Shown one piece after another: positions 1 to 13,384 of a stretch of 64,000 bases of DNA (position 1 is the first letter of the stretch; each line of letters begins with the position of its first letter). Source of the stretch: Felis catus (taxonomy: Eukaryota); contig NC_058368.1 in the NCBI RefSeq assembly GCF_018350175.1, positions 7,812,001 through 7,876,000 of the forward strand, written 5' to 3'. A program made the position numbers and the translations under genes. The notes beneath the pieces are model-generated. The model was given only the letters and a program-made list of their open reading frames with translations, was not told the DNA's origin and did no database searches.

Positions 1-271
1 TATGATGAGTATTGGACAATCAAGGCAAATTTTACGTTTTCTGGGGTTAAATTCTGCAACTGCAGTGATTAAAATCCTCAAATTTGATTAAAACGTTTCC
101 TTCAAGAAATGTGATTTTACCACCCCAAAATGTGGAACTTAGAAATGCTATAAGTCCTTTCGATAAAATCTTTTACTCAGTAAATAAAGCACTGTGGAAT
201 AATGCCTAGTAGATTCAATGTCTTTTTTGGGCTTAAAGTGTGTTAACTTACTATATTTGATTTTTAAATAG

Positions 272-419
272 ACACCAAATCCTACTGCAAGCGAGTTTAT
301 TCCTAAAGGAGGATCAACCTCCAGGCTGAGTAACGTGTCCCAGTCAAATATGTCTGCCTTCTCTCAAGTTTTCTCTCACCCGTCCCTGGGAAGTCCTGCT
401 GCTGCTGGCTTAGCACCAG
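272..419 (+). CDS. PAN3: PAN3 exon (~exon 6), 148 nt, contains PAM2 PABP-binding motif
   Basis: ttttaaatag|ACACCA...GCACCAG|gtaagt; encodes [49 protein letters not shown]; phases 0 and 1. Confidence 0.96.
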
Positions 420-3400
420 GTAAGTTGAGTGACTATTTCCAGTGAGTTCCAGAGAACATATCCGTAAACACCATTTGCTATTAGTTCATCAGAACTGAAA
501 TTGTATACTTAAATGGTTCACATTTGGACACATTATGGGTTTTGTGTTGTCGGTTTTGGTACCATAGATCAAATTTGTAGTTGAAAATTTTAAAGCAAAA
601 TTTAAATATGAACAAAAATTATATATGAGCATGTGTAAAAGCACACAAATTTAAAGGAGAAAATGGTTTCTTATAAAAAAGATCTACTTGGACCGTAGTA
701 TTTCCCTATTTTTTAAAGTCAGTAATAATGCTGTTTCATTCAAAAGCTTCTGTAAAAACATCAGAAATAGAATATTTATATGTATATATGCTTCGAAGTC
801 TTAATTTTATAGGAAATTTCTAAAAAATAATTCTGTATCATTCTAAATGTAAGTTTAGATGTATTGCCTTTCCAGTGTTTGATTATAAATCTATTGTAGT
901 AGTTTTAAATTGGGTGAAGTATAAACAGTAGTAGGAAAGAAATGCATTAGGGGTCATCGAGGTAGAGAAAATCGTACTTTTCTTTTTTTTCCCACATTTA
1001 CCCATAATGGCAGAAGAATTTGAGCAAATGCATTTGTACACCAGGGGTCCTGAGGTGTAGTTTACAGTGACCCTTTGTGAACCATTTTCTTTGAAGTCCC
1101 CTTTTTCATTTTAAAAATTAATGCAACTTTTGCACTCCATCACATTAACATTTACTTTAATATAACAATATGAAAAACTTCTTGGATAAATAACATCATC
1201 CCTCCCTACTACTCTGTACCTTAATTAGGAAACCAAGGTATGGAGAATTATGTTGAATTTATATTAAGTGATAAAGTGGGTTATGTTGTGTTGATAAACT
1301 GTTTGAACTGCTCACACAGATTATGTTTCTAGAACCTATGCCGGATAATGACCACTTAGCCTTGAATGTTTCAAAAAACAGAAACAAAATGAATTACGGA
1401 TATACTAATGCAAGCCAAAAAGTCCACCTGGATCAGCCTGGAACTAGTTCTGCCTCCAGAGCTTAATCCAGTTAGTGAGATGGATCATTGGTTTTGATAC
1501 CGCCATTGAAATCAAGGATCTTTTTGAGATGCAGAATGAGAGAAGATGTTGATAATTCTATGGAACAGAGCGTATAAAGTATCGAGTGCACTTAGAGGCG
1601 GAATAACCTTGTGTTGCGAGGCTTTTATCAGAGCCTCCTTCTGCCACCTTTTTCTCTCTTGCTCTCTTTCTTCCTACTCCTCTCCCCTTCCCTTTCAACT
1701 CCTTCCCCCTCACCTGTCCCCTTACCTTTTCTTCTACTTTGGCTCTTTCTAGGTTCAGTTGAATTTGTAAACATTTTCCCTTCTTCCGTAGAGAGCAGTG
1801 TCACAGTTGAACATCCCTGGTAGCCTAAAAGTTTTACTTGTAAGTAATGTGCTATGATTTTTCTCCCATTGAGGTGTGTTCACATTGTTGACATGAACAT
1901 AATCTACGTGTCAGCTGTACACGTAAACTTTCTTAAAGATTGTCCAGACTTCTGAGCAGTGTTTCATAAAGCACGCACGAGAATGGTGTCCGTATGCCAG
2001 TCAGAAAACACCGACTCCCTCAATGAAGTGCCAATTTATTTTGGCCTAACAACACATCTTCTCTTGTCGCAAAAGTAAATATTTTGTTCACACCTGTGAT
2101 CAGACTAGTTCAAGCTTGCCATTAAAAAAAAAAAAAAAAGCCTTTTAAATATTCAAAGAGTTAAAATGTCAGAGAAAATTTTAGATCTTGAAAGCTTTTA
2201 GTTAAAAATTTTATTAATGCTGTGGTACTTCTTCCAGCTCTTTAGTAGGTATTAACTTTTTGTAGGTGGGTGTTTCATTGGTCTCAATTGGGTATCACAA
2301 CCTAAATTTAAGATGAAATTAATTAATTTAAAATGTTAAATTAACTGGGAAACTATGTACTGTTCTATATAGCTCTAACATTAAAAAGGTCATTTTACTT
2401 CCTATTAAGGAAAGTAATTCCTGTCTGGAACCATTGGAAATGGGTCAGTATATCATATTAAATGTGTTCCTGAATACCTCTTATTTAAAAATTATTTTTC
2501 ATTCAAATGAAAATCAACTAACTAATAAGCTAAAGTATTTTCCACAAATACTGGAATGATGAGTGGTTTTGCATTTATTATTTCTTCATATTTTCTCCTT
2601 TTAGTTAATGGCTTAACACTTTCTGGAGATGAACAAAGAGAAAAAAATTACGTGTCCCTCCAGTGTCTTCCATCACTTCTTACCCACAAATGTTCTTTTT
2701 TTCAAGGCCTGGGAAAGGATTTTGGTATTTCCACTTTAAAATTATAGAACCAAAAAAGTGGTAGAGCTTATATATCTACCTTAGTGGTGATTTAATTTAT
2801 CTCTGATGCTACTTGTCTACTGTAGATGTAATCTGTTAATAATTTTCAGTTTATAAAGTTTCATTTTCTCTTTTATTTCTAGTTTAGAAATGATTGCCCT
2901 TGAAAATATGTCAAGTTACTGTGCTTTCCCCTAAAAAACATGAACCCTTAAAAATTTTGGCACACAAATGTAAACTATAGCAATGTCATTTTCATCATAG
3001 GTGAAAAAAAAATACATATTTAAATACATCTTTTGGCCCAAGATGTAAAAATGTTTGCACAAAATTAAGTAGGTAATTAGATTTGAATTTCTTCAAATTA
3101 GAAGGAATAAAAGCATGCCTGGAAACACAGTAGGTCTGGAGTGAAAAAGTTTCTTTGCTTTAAAATGTGTTTTCATCACTTTTAAAACCTGATTTGCATT
3201 TTGAAAAAGCTTTAATATACGAAGTAAAATTTTATACAAAAGTTATTTGAATTTATTCAGAACTAATTAGGTTTAAAGGGTAGTTACATTGCTAACAATG
3301 TACAGCACACATTAGGTTTCCATTGAATTGTACACGCAGCCATTTTATTCTCCTTTAAGAAATCGAGAATCTACAGGCTTAGCTGTTGTATGCACATTTA

Positions 3401-6400
3401 ACCTAAGAACAGTAGCTAGGTACATTCTAAGTATCTTCTATGAATAGTTGTTAAAGGAGTATTTGGGTTTAGGGCGCTCCACTTGGACTTCATTGTCTTT
3501 GAGAACCCTTACAGTTACATGCATATTTTTATTTCGAAACACGTATTTTTCTCTGGTCACAAGATGTATTATTTTTCTTCTGAGAGAAGCATAACCTTCT
3601 GAAAGTTAAGAGCCGCCGGCTTAACACACACTTAGCAAAATTTATTTCCAGACTGTATTTTAGTAAGAAGATTTCGAAAGTGACAGTTAAAGATCTATTT
3701 TTTTCCCAGTAGGTCTTGCTTTAGGTGAAGTTTTTGAATAGATCTTTAGAAATGAAAATATGACTGCACTAAGTGCATGAAATGATAGTTTATGGTTTTT
3801 TTTTTTTGTGCCATGAAAAATAATCTTGTCATGAGAGCTAATTGCTGACTCTTTTTGAATCAATTTTTCCTAAGAGTATATTTCTTGACTTGATAGTAGG
3901 CTGAGTAATCTAAATCTCGCTGCACTTCAAGTTTAATTGCCTCAGTATTAACTCCAGTCCATTTGAAAGTGATTTTAAGACAGGTACCAACAGGAGCATA
4001 CATTTCTGGGCAGTGTGCTGGTGTATCTGGTGGTTTAATGTACAATTGGGAGTCCGGATTTGAGCATCTCTTGAGCCCCTTGATTGCGTGTGGACACTTG
4101 GGAGGGACAGAGGGAGTTCTTGAATTTGGAAATGCCATCAGCAGTTCATGAATGATGAAGAGAGCCGTACCTGACTTTCAGGATTCTCAAATAATTCATT
4201 TCTTTAAGATGAGAATGGTGCAGATTTTTGGACCATTAGATATATTTTATTGTGAATTATTGTGGCAAATGTCAGCTGGTTGATTGGGGAGAAGCATTTA
4301 ATTATTATACCAAACTTACCATTTTTAAATAATTGCATTTGTTATACATTATATTGTAGTATTACAGAAAAATCTCAAGAAAATAAGCTTTTAGATCTAG
4401 GTTTTTGAAATGAGGGTGCCAAATTGATGGATAAAATTAGCTAGTTTTCTTTATTCTTCGGCTTGGTCAGTGTATGGGGGAAGAAGGTGACAGGAAAGGA
4501 AAAGGGGAAATTAACACATTTTCATCATTTATTGAAATACTAAACATCATATATATAATTTTATGTAAATATATCAAATGGTGCTTAAGCAAGAATAGTT
4601 GTTTTTGTAACGTCGAAAGGTTTGAGTAAGAAGATTTTTTCTTAAAGTTCTATGCTAAAAAATGATAAAGTTCTGTGATTCATTAGCTCTGTGGCATTTC
4701 ATACCATACACGAACAAATGGAGGCTTAATTCATTTCATTTGCGTAGTAGTTGGTTTCTGGAACAATCTGACACTGGTCATTGATCTAGGTGGAACTTTC
4801 TGGGGTTGATATAATTGAGCCTCGTGCTGGTTTAGAAGTGACTTTCTTGACAGATTATCATCTAGCTTCTGCTTTGTCACTTAAAGTAGTAAGGAATTCA
4901 TTGGCCAAGCAAGGTAGCTCAGGGTACATTTGAAAAGCTCAAATAAAAAAGAAAATGATGTCTGAACACTGAACTAAACTCTGTCTTCTCTTTTGTCCAC
5001 TAGTCCTAGTTCTTTCTCTTTGTGTTTAATGGAGTAAGTCAAAATCTTTTCTACGTGATAGCCCTTTTAGGTATTTTCTTTTTGGGACGAGTTGTATGTA
5101 TATGTGTGTCCATATAACTGATCAGTTTGTATGACTGAAAAACAAGAGAGAGGACAAGCTGGGGTATATTATTAAAACTAACAAATTGTATAGGTCAGAA
5201 GTTACGAACTCTTCTAAGTCCTTGTGGCTGGAACACTACTGTGGATAAAGTTAAATCCACAGATATGTGTGCTCAGTTAGCTGTATCACTACTCTGATAC
5301 CCAGCTAAGAAGTGTGTGTACCTTTGGGAAAATAGGAAACTCTGCTAATAGGTTGAAACTCTGGTCTTGCCAGTGGTGAATACCTAAGTTCATATTTAAA
5401 ATTTTGCCGTGTATCTTAGGCTCTACATTGAAATCTCTGAAGGCATTAAAAACTTCATACTCTATCATTTTAGACTATTTTATGTTGTATTCAATGGTAT
5501 AATTACTGAAAATAAAATTATAAAAAATATGTATGTAATTCTTAAACATCAGCATGGTTTTTATAGGATGTTACTCTGAGTAGGTTTTCCTATAATTATT
5601 TTCCAGAAGTCTACTATTAAATGGATTCTGTGGGTCAGTCAAGTAATCTACCGTGATTTTATTTTGATATTTCAGTCTGAACTGATTTCTCTGGATTATT
5701 TTTATACTTAATAACAACAGAGGTAGTTTGGCATGAAACTATTCTTCTAATTTGTAAAAATATCAATCTGGATTTCCTAAGCATATTACAGATTCCTTAA
5801 GAAGGGCCATGTCATTTCTTACCTAGCACAAATTTAGGCATATAGATAGTGTCTAGGAGGTGCTTACTCATTTAAGCTTCACTTTTGTCTTGAGAAGAAA
5901 TGTTTTCATTGGTCAGTGTCTCTCAAATACAGTGAATTTTAATGATTTCGTAAACGTCTTTGAAAACTTCTTAGAACTGCAGATGTTCGAGAGAATACAG
6001 ATGCAAATGGTCCTATGAGAACAGCAGTGTGCCTGTTGACAGTTTGACTGTATCAGAACTAGAGTCACTTTGTGTTTTGAGGTGCTAAAACCAGTGAAAA
6101 TATTTATAAGTATTATTTTTATATTGCATGTTTTCCATTTTTTTGTAACGACTTTGTTTTTCAGGTATGTTCAGCAGAATCACTCAAAGCTTTCCAGGTT
6201 TTCTAATTGGGATTACTTTGTATATTAAAAAATGAAATAAAAATATATAGTTAAGATCAGGGCTCTCTGAGGTTTTTGTGAAGAGGACCGTTTCATTGGC
6301 CTGTCATGTTGAGCTCGTCCTAGATGGAAACTGCTCTTTGTATGCATGTATAATGCTACAGATGGTGATGTCCCAGGGAAGATTACTAACAGTAGAACCG

Positions 6401-9225
6401 TAGAGCCTTAACTGGGTTGGGAGTGCCTGCGGGCCTATATTCCCTTCCCAGTTGGGAATTTCAGGAAACTGAGGCGAGACGTTAATGGCGCAGAGGGGGA
6501 TGTGGCTGCTGCAGCTGGCTTGGAGACCTGTCAGGTAAGGTTTAATAGCTACCAGTAGATGTTCTACTGGTTGGGGAATCCCTGCTTAATACCTCCTGTT
6601 AGGTTTGAGAGTTCCTGTTGCGGACTTCCTGTTTAAATCTCATGTGTTGGCTGACTTGTCCCTTACCTGTGGGGTAGGGGCTGGATGGGAGTGGGCCGGG
6701 GTTCCCTTCCATTGTAAGTTCAGTAATCTACAACTGCAGCGACGTCCCTGCTGCTCTTTGGCCGCTTTCCTTGGATCATGACTTGATTGCCCTTAGAACA
6801 TGGCGCTAGTTACAGTAAAGTAGCTGTGTGGCTTTTGGCACACACCCTTTGATCCCAGGGTTTTAGCACCTTCATTTCTACGAGAAGGTAACTTTCGATG
6901 ATTTTAAAAGTCTTTCTAGCGGAAAATTGTATTGTTTTGTGACACGTGGATCTACAGGAGATAGGTACACTAAAAGGAGTCAAAAATGAACACAGTGATG
7001 GGGCAGAGGTAGCAAAAGGAGAGAAGAGTTTGATTTCTGTACTAGACATAACAGGGACTTTAAAAGGCATCGGACTTCCTTGACCTGGTCTGTGTACATG
7101 AAAATCCCACCAAGGCTGCGTTTGTATCGTAGGGGGAGATGAGGGGAGTTTTGTTTCAGTAGTGTAAGATTAGCATCTGGTGAATCAGGGTTTTGTAATG
7201 GTTCTGGATGAACTGAGGCAGAGAGAACATAGATTAGTTGAATGCCCAAGAACACTCCTGATTCCCAGCTGAATGTAGAAAGCTATAAGTCAGCCTCTCA
7301 CCTCCCAACCTTGTCCCTTTAATTCAAATAGGTCGAGAGCTCAGGATCATTTCTTCTTTAACCTTTTGGTTCAGTGGTGCTGGTAGGTACTCAGCGAGGG
7401 AGAGTGTGTGTGTGTGAATAAAATTACCGTGCCGTGTGTTCTATGTCTAGTTAGGAGTAGTCCCCTAATTCTACAGGAACAACTTGAATGGTCGCAGCCT
7501 CTTCTATATCTTGAATTTTCCCTGATCCTTCTCTGCTTGACTAGTCAAATTCATATATGAAAGTCATCTATCTGTTTTCTTACCCTTCTCTGCCTTTCAG
7601 ATGTACAGTCTGAGTAGAGCATGTGGGAAGGGGCCTAGAAAAGAGAGGAATTAAGAGATGTATCTGTTTTAAAACCCCAGTGCACATAGGCTTGTAAAGC
7701 CTCAACATAAATACTAGCAAACACTCAGATGTGGACTGCATGTTTATGGTGATGATGTTTATCAGTTCCGGATTTTTTTAGTCACGAATCTCTTACACAT
7801 TGATATGTCCGAAATGACATACTGCCTCATGAGTTCATAAATATCTTCCTGTATTTTAGATGCGGTTCCCAGATTTTAGATTAGTATTCCTATAAGTAGT
7901 AACTAGTCGTTAACGCTCCCTTTGAGGGGTTTTGGACCTTAAAGAAAACAGTACAGATGAGTAGGATGCTAATACAATCATTGTCCCCCAAACTGCCCTC
8001 TAGGCTGTAGTTACTATGGATTGTAATCTTATTGCCCACTGTTTGTGGGGTGGTGGTAGGCTAACTGCTGAAACAAACATCCGAACCGTAAGGGCTTTAT
8101 ATGACCAATATTTATTTCTTGCTTTTGTGATAGTCCAGGCCAGATATTCAGGTCATCCCAGATGCTCTTTTCCACGTAGTCAGTCAGGGACCCAGATCAA
8201 GTGGTTTCTAGGCATCACTCTAGTCAGCTGGGAGAGGAGGAGCATCAGTGAGTGGGAAGTTGCAGGGACAAGCCTGGAAACTGTCTCGTGTCCTGTGATG
8301 ACTGTCCACCCAAACAGGAGCTTCTGTGTTTCTAAGCAGTGCGGTTACGTTCGCCAGCCTTTGGATGTAAAATTTTAATAGTTGATCCTGGTTGTCTCCT
8401 GCATATACATTTGGGGGCATTATCTTATTTGCATCTCTGAGATCTATTTTAAGGAAATTGGCAAAGAAGCTACAATAAGTGATTTATCTAGCATGACAGG
8501 GAATGAAGCTTTCTGGCATACTTGATTTTTTTCCCATCAGAAGCTTTAATTGTCAGAACTTGAGATCTTCAGCAGTTTTTCACGGAAAGACTTCTAAAAC
8601 TTGTAGTCCTTTGTTGCTTCAGATCAACTATTACCTTTTTTTGGTGACTCTTGGTCAGCTCCATGTGCCTCGGTGAAGGCACTGAACCAGAATACAATTG
8701 ATACCCTTCAGGTATCAGAGTTTGTGAGCAGTTTGTTTCAAGTTACGCAATGACTCAGATTCTTTGCCCTTTCCGTTGTCCTCTCACCCCCATAACTCCT
8801 TGAAGGTAAGGCCTTTTTCTTGCTCACTGAGTCTGTTAAAGTGCCTGAGTTCAGTGCCCTGAATGGACAACTCGGGCAAGTTTATTTGAACCACTTAGTG
8901 AGTTCTTACTGGCTTTTTATTGGTGACGGTGTGGTGCTCTCTGTATCTCTACCATGAGGGTAGTGGTTCTCAAATTTGAGAGCCCATCACGATCCCCCAG
9001 AGTGCCTGTTAAAACCTACCCTTGCCGAGTCCCATCCTCAGAGTTTCTGACTTCATAGGTCTGGGGGAGCTGGACGATTGACTTTTCTAATTTGTTTCCA
9101 CACGATACTGATAAGATTGCTTTTCCTGGGAAGCCATTTTGAGAACCACTGCTCTTAGTGCTCTATGCCGTCTTCTTTCCCCTTAGTGCACACAAGTGGG
9201 AGAGGGGTGGGGCGGGGGGGGGGTG

Positions 9226-9285
<60 letters not shown>

Positions 9286-12200
9286 CCCAAGCAGCCTCCA
9301 CACCCAGTGAGCCCCTGGGCTCCATCCCATGACCCTGGGATCATGTGTGACCCGAGCCAAAATCAAGAGTTGGATGTTCAGTTGACTGAGCCACCCAGGC
9401 GCCCCTCTCCTTTTTTTCTTATAACCCCTTTGTTTTCCTTAGGAGGAAGGAAAGGGCCGAAGGCTGAGAGCACATATACATTTTTTGGTGCTACTACTTT
9501 TTTTTTTCAAAGAAAAAGACTTTGAGGGGCGCCTGGGTGGTTCAGTGGGTTAAGCATAGGACTCTTGACTTCAGCTCAGGTCGATCTCACAGTTGGTGAG
9601 ATCGAGCCCCGCGTTGAGCTCTGCACTGTCATCGGGGAGCCTGCTTGGGATTCTCTCTCTCCCTCTGCCCCTCCCCCCTCATGTGTCTGCAGCTCCCATG
9701 CATGTACATGTGTCTGCAGCTCCCATGCATGTACATGTGCACGCTCTGTCTCTCAGATAAACTTAAAAAAAAACACACTGACTTAGGGACTTGAATTGTT
9801 GCCTGTGAATAAGGTATATGGGCTTTAAATTATCCTTTGAGGCTAGTTTTGCTTTTCTAGCTCACGACTATGTTCTGGATGACTGAAGTGATAAGTATCC
9901 ATTGAATTAATTGTTACAGGGGTTCTGAAGCTCATTCAAGATCATAAACACAATAAAAAAACAAACTGGGCAATGGGGATTTCTTCCACCTTAGTATTGG
10001 TAATGGGGCAAAAATATTGTAAGTTAATTATTGTAATACATCTAAGTTTTCAGAGTGCCCGGAAAATGAAAAGCATAAGTACCATGGCTCTTTAAAATTT
10101 TAAACCTCATGGATCTTGAATCAGTAATCAGATATCTTTTGTTTATACATTGCATTTTAGTATGTATGCTTTAAAGTTTTTATGTAGAGACCAACTAAAT
10201 TGTTATTTATGCTAGAGAAATAAGAGAGATGTTTATTGATTCAATCACAACATTTTCTTGAAGTCAAATTTCAATTTTTGTTTTAAATTTGGCATTAGTT
10301 TTTATTCATTGGAAAGAAACCCAGAGCTAAAATTCTAGTAACTGGTATTAATCTTATTATTTTTGTGACTATCTATAATTTTTTAGAAGCAGACACACTT
10401 GTCTTGGAGTAAGATTCTTGTTTGTAAACAGTGCAAACATAATTTGTCACTATGAATGAAAAACACCATTTATTCAAAGACATTCGCTATCACTTGGGAA
10501 GAAAAAATGGTTCTTTTGATCCAGAAAAGTTAGGTTTGTTATGAAATATTTGCCCTCTCCCCATATTGTTTTAACCCTTTGTTTAAATAATCTAAGTGTT
10601 ATGATTTAAAGGATTGCCACCATTGTAGAGGCTAGGGAAGGTCCTACCGTTTCAGATCATTTGGCCAGGTCTAGGAACAGGCAGGTCGCTGTTCTGTTTC
10701 TTCAAATAGTATAGCGATCAAATTAAGTTAACCTATACCAAAGTGAGTTACTATACAGGCCATCTAGTATAGTATATAGCTCTTAAAATTACAATTCCTA
10801 CCCTAAGAGTGGTTTTTGAAAACGTGGATAAGGTATTCACATTTTTAGAGGTTTAGATACTGTAGTTTACACGTAGTCTATATTGTAATGATATTTGTCA
10901 AATTAATTTATGAAAACTCATGGAAATAAGGCTGTTGGTAGAGGTAAGGCTGAAGGTAGGCCAAAGGGATGAATACAGTTTGTAGACATGGGAAACCAAA
11001 CAGGTGTGCAGGCTGTGGTCTCCATCAAATTTATCAGAGTATGTAGCTGATGGCACTCGGGTTGAATTCGTCATTGGAACTCAACTGTGTTTTCCTAACT
11101 TTGGCAAATGAGATTAAATAAATTTTGTGAGGCAGCTGTAGGGTACTTACCAGATTTTTCACTGCTTTTAGTGTTTCTAGTAGCCAGGTAGTCCAGGTAC
11201 TTTTTATTACAGGTATATATATAATCAGTCAAAATGAAGTACGATTATATAAATCACTTGCCAAAATTTTCTAGATGTTAGGAGAAAACCAGAGATGGAA
11301 ACTGGGTTATATTTATTTTGGCTTGATCCGTATGGCTTCTATTAAAGGTTACTTACATTAAAAAAAATAATAAAGGGGGCCCCTGGGTGGCTCAGTCAGT
11401 TAAACTTTTGACTTCCCCTCAGGTCATGATCTCACGGTTTGTGAGTTCGAGCCCTGCGTCGGGCTCTGTGCTGACAGCTCAGAGCCTGGAGCCTGCTTCG
11501 GATTCTGTGTCTCTCTCTACCCCTTCCCCGCTCATGCTCTGTCTCTCAAAAATAAATAAACTATAAAAAAAGAAAAAAAAACATAATAAGGAAAGCTTTT
11601 TGGAGTGTGTTGAGACTTTTTTATTGTGTAATGTAATGAAGAGAAAATGTACTTTTAATCAAATAAAATTTTTATAACTGAAGTGTAATTCAGTAGTTAG
11701 AGAAACACTTTGTGCTTTTTCTTTATATTTTCTTACAAGTAAAAATACTGCTGTTTCTTTATATACTTCTTAAAAGAATGAAAAAGAATACATGTGATGT
11801 CTTCATGGTCTTACTCAAATAATTTTTAAATGAAAAAAAATTTTTTTTGGTGGAGTCTTTAAAAACAAGATTCAGGTTTCTTCTACTATTAGTATATTAG
11901 AAGGCTTAAGGTAGGTACCGAAGGATGGCAAAATAAGAGTAGAATCAGGTGTACCCCAAGTACCAGAGGTTCTTTGAATCCAAGGTACAGTTTGCCATGA
12001 GTCTAGAGTTTGGACTTAAAGAGAAGAAAATTGTTTCGTCATACTTCTTAAAAAGAGTTTCATCGGTAGCCGATGATTTGATTCTGGTCCACTCTGTGTG
12101 CGATGTATTTGCATGTAGGATGTGAAGCTCTGCTACCTTCAATTCAAAAAGAAATCTACGAGGCTGCCTGATGGCTCAGTCCATTGAGCCTGTGACTCTC

Positions 12201-13013
12201 GGTTTCAGCTGAGGGCCTGATCTCATGACTCCAGGGAGCAAATCCTGCAGTTGGGCTGTGCGCTGACAGAGTGGAGCCTGCCTGGGATTCTCTCTCCTCC
12301 CTGCCCCTGCCCCTGCCCCTGCCTTGCTCGGGTGCGCGTGCTCTCTTGCTCTCTCTCCCTCTCTCAAAGTAAATAAGTAAACATTAAAAAAAAAATCTAT
12401 GAAATACAGACTTCACTGGGAATTTAATTTCCCTAGGTATAAAAACATAATATCTACAAATTTAGATCTTCTATGTCTTAAGAATCAGAGTAAGGGGCAC
12501 CCGGGTGGCTCAGTTCGTTAAGCTTCTGACTTCAGCTCAAGTCACAATCCCTCACGGTTTGTGAGTTCCAACCCTGCGTCGGGTTCAGTGTGGACAGCTC
12601 AGGGCGTGGAGCCTGCTTTGGATTCTGGGTTTCCCTGTCTCTCTGCCCCTCCCCTGTTCATGCTCACTTTCTCTCTTTCTCTCAAAAATAAATCTTAAAA
12701 AGTTAAAAAAAAAAAAAAGAATCAGTAAGTTTTTAGGTAAGATACTACTCACTTTTATTAATTTGAGTTCTGGCACGTATAACCTTTATCCACAAAATTG
12801 TTCAAAATACTTGCTTTTCTTATCTTGGGTGAAAGGTGTAATCTGTTAGGAAAATAATATATCTGTAAGATGTAAGGTGAAATCATGCCCCTATTATTAA
12901 GTAATAATATGTAGGTCTGTGAGTGTACATATTTTCTATCTTTTATAGAATGAGTTTTTAGGTTAGTCCCAGTCCAAAACTTCTACCTGAATTTACAGGT
13001 TAAAATACTGTTT

Positions 13014-13048
<35 letters not shown>

Positions 13049-13326
13049 TTTTTTTTTTTTTACCCGTTTTGGGTAAGTTAACAGATATTCAGAATGCTTA
13101 TTGTTAAACTAGAAAATGAGAATTTAAAACCAGTAATTGTAAATAAAGGCAGATATATTGGTGTAATTGGAAGAATCATAGATAGTAACTTCGGATGGTT
13201 GCTTTTAGTAATTGTGAAGTGAAAACAGTGGGAGAAATTCTATTAATAACTTATATACGTAGACAATTTGAATAAAAGACACTATGCAGGGTGGAGTTTT
13301 CTTTCCTTGCCTGATTTATAGTTCTA

Positions 13327-13384
<58 letters not shown>

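Noticed and set aside
10757..10773. CTCF-like GGCCATCTAGTATAG
   Set aside because: Only the CTAGATGGC half matches; the CCAC portion is missing and the context is AT-rich.
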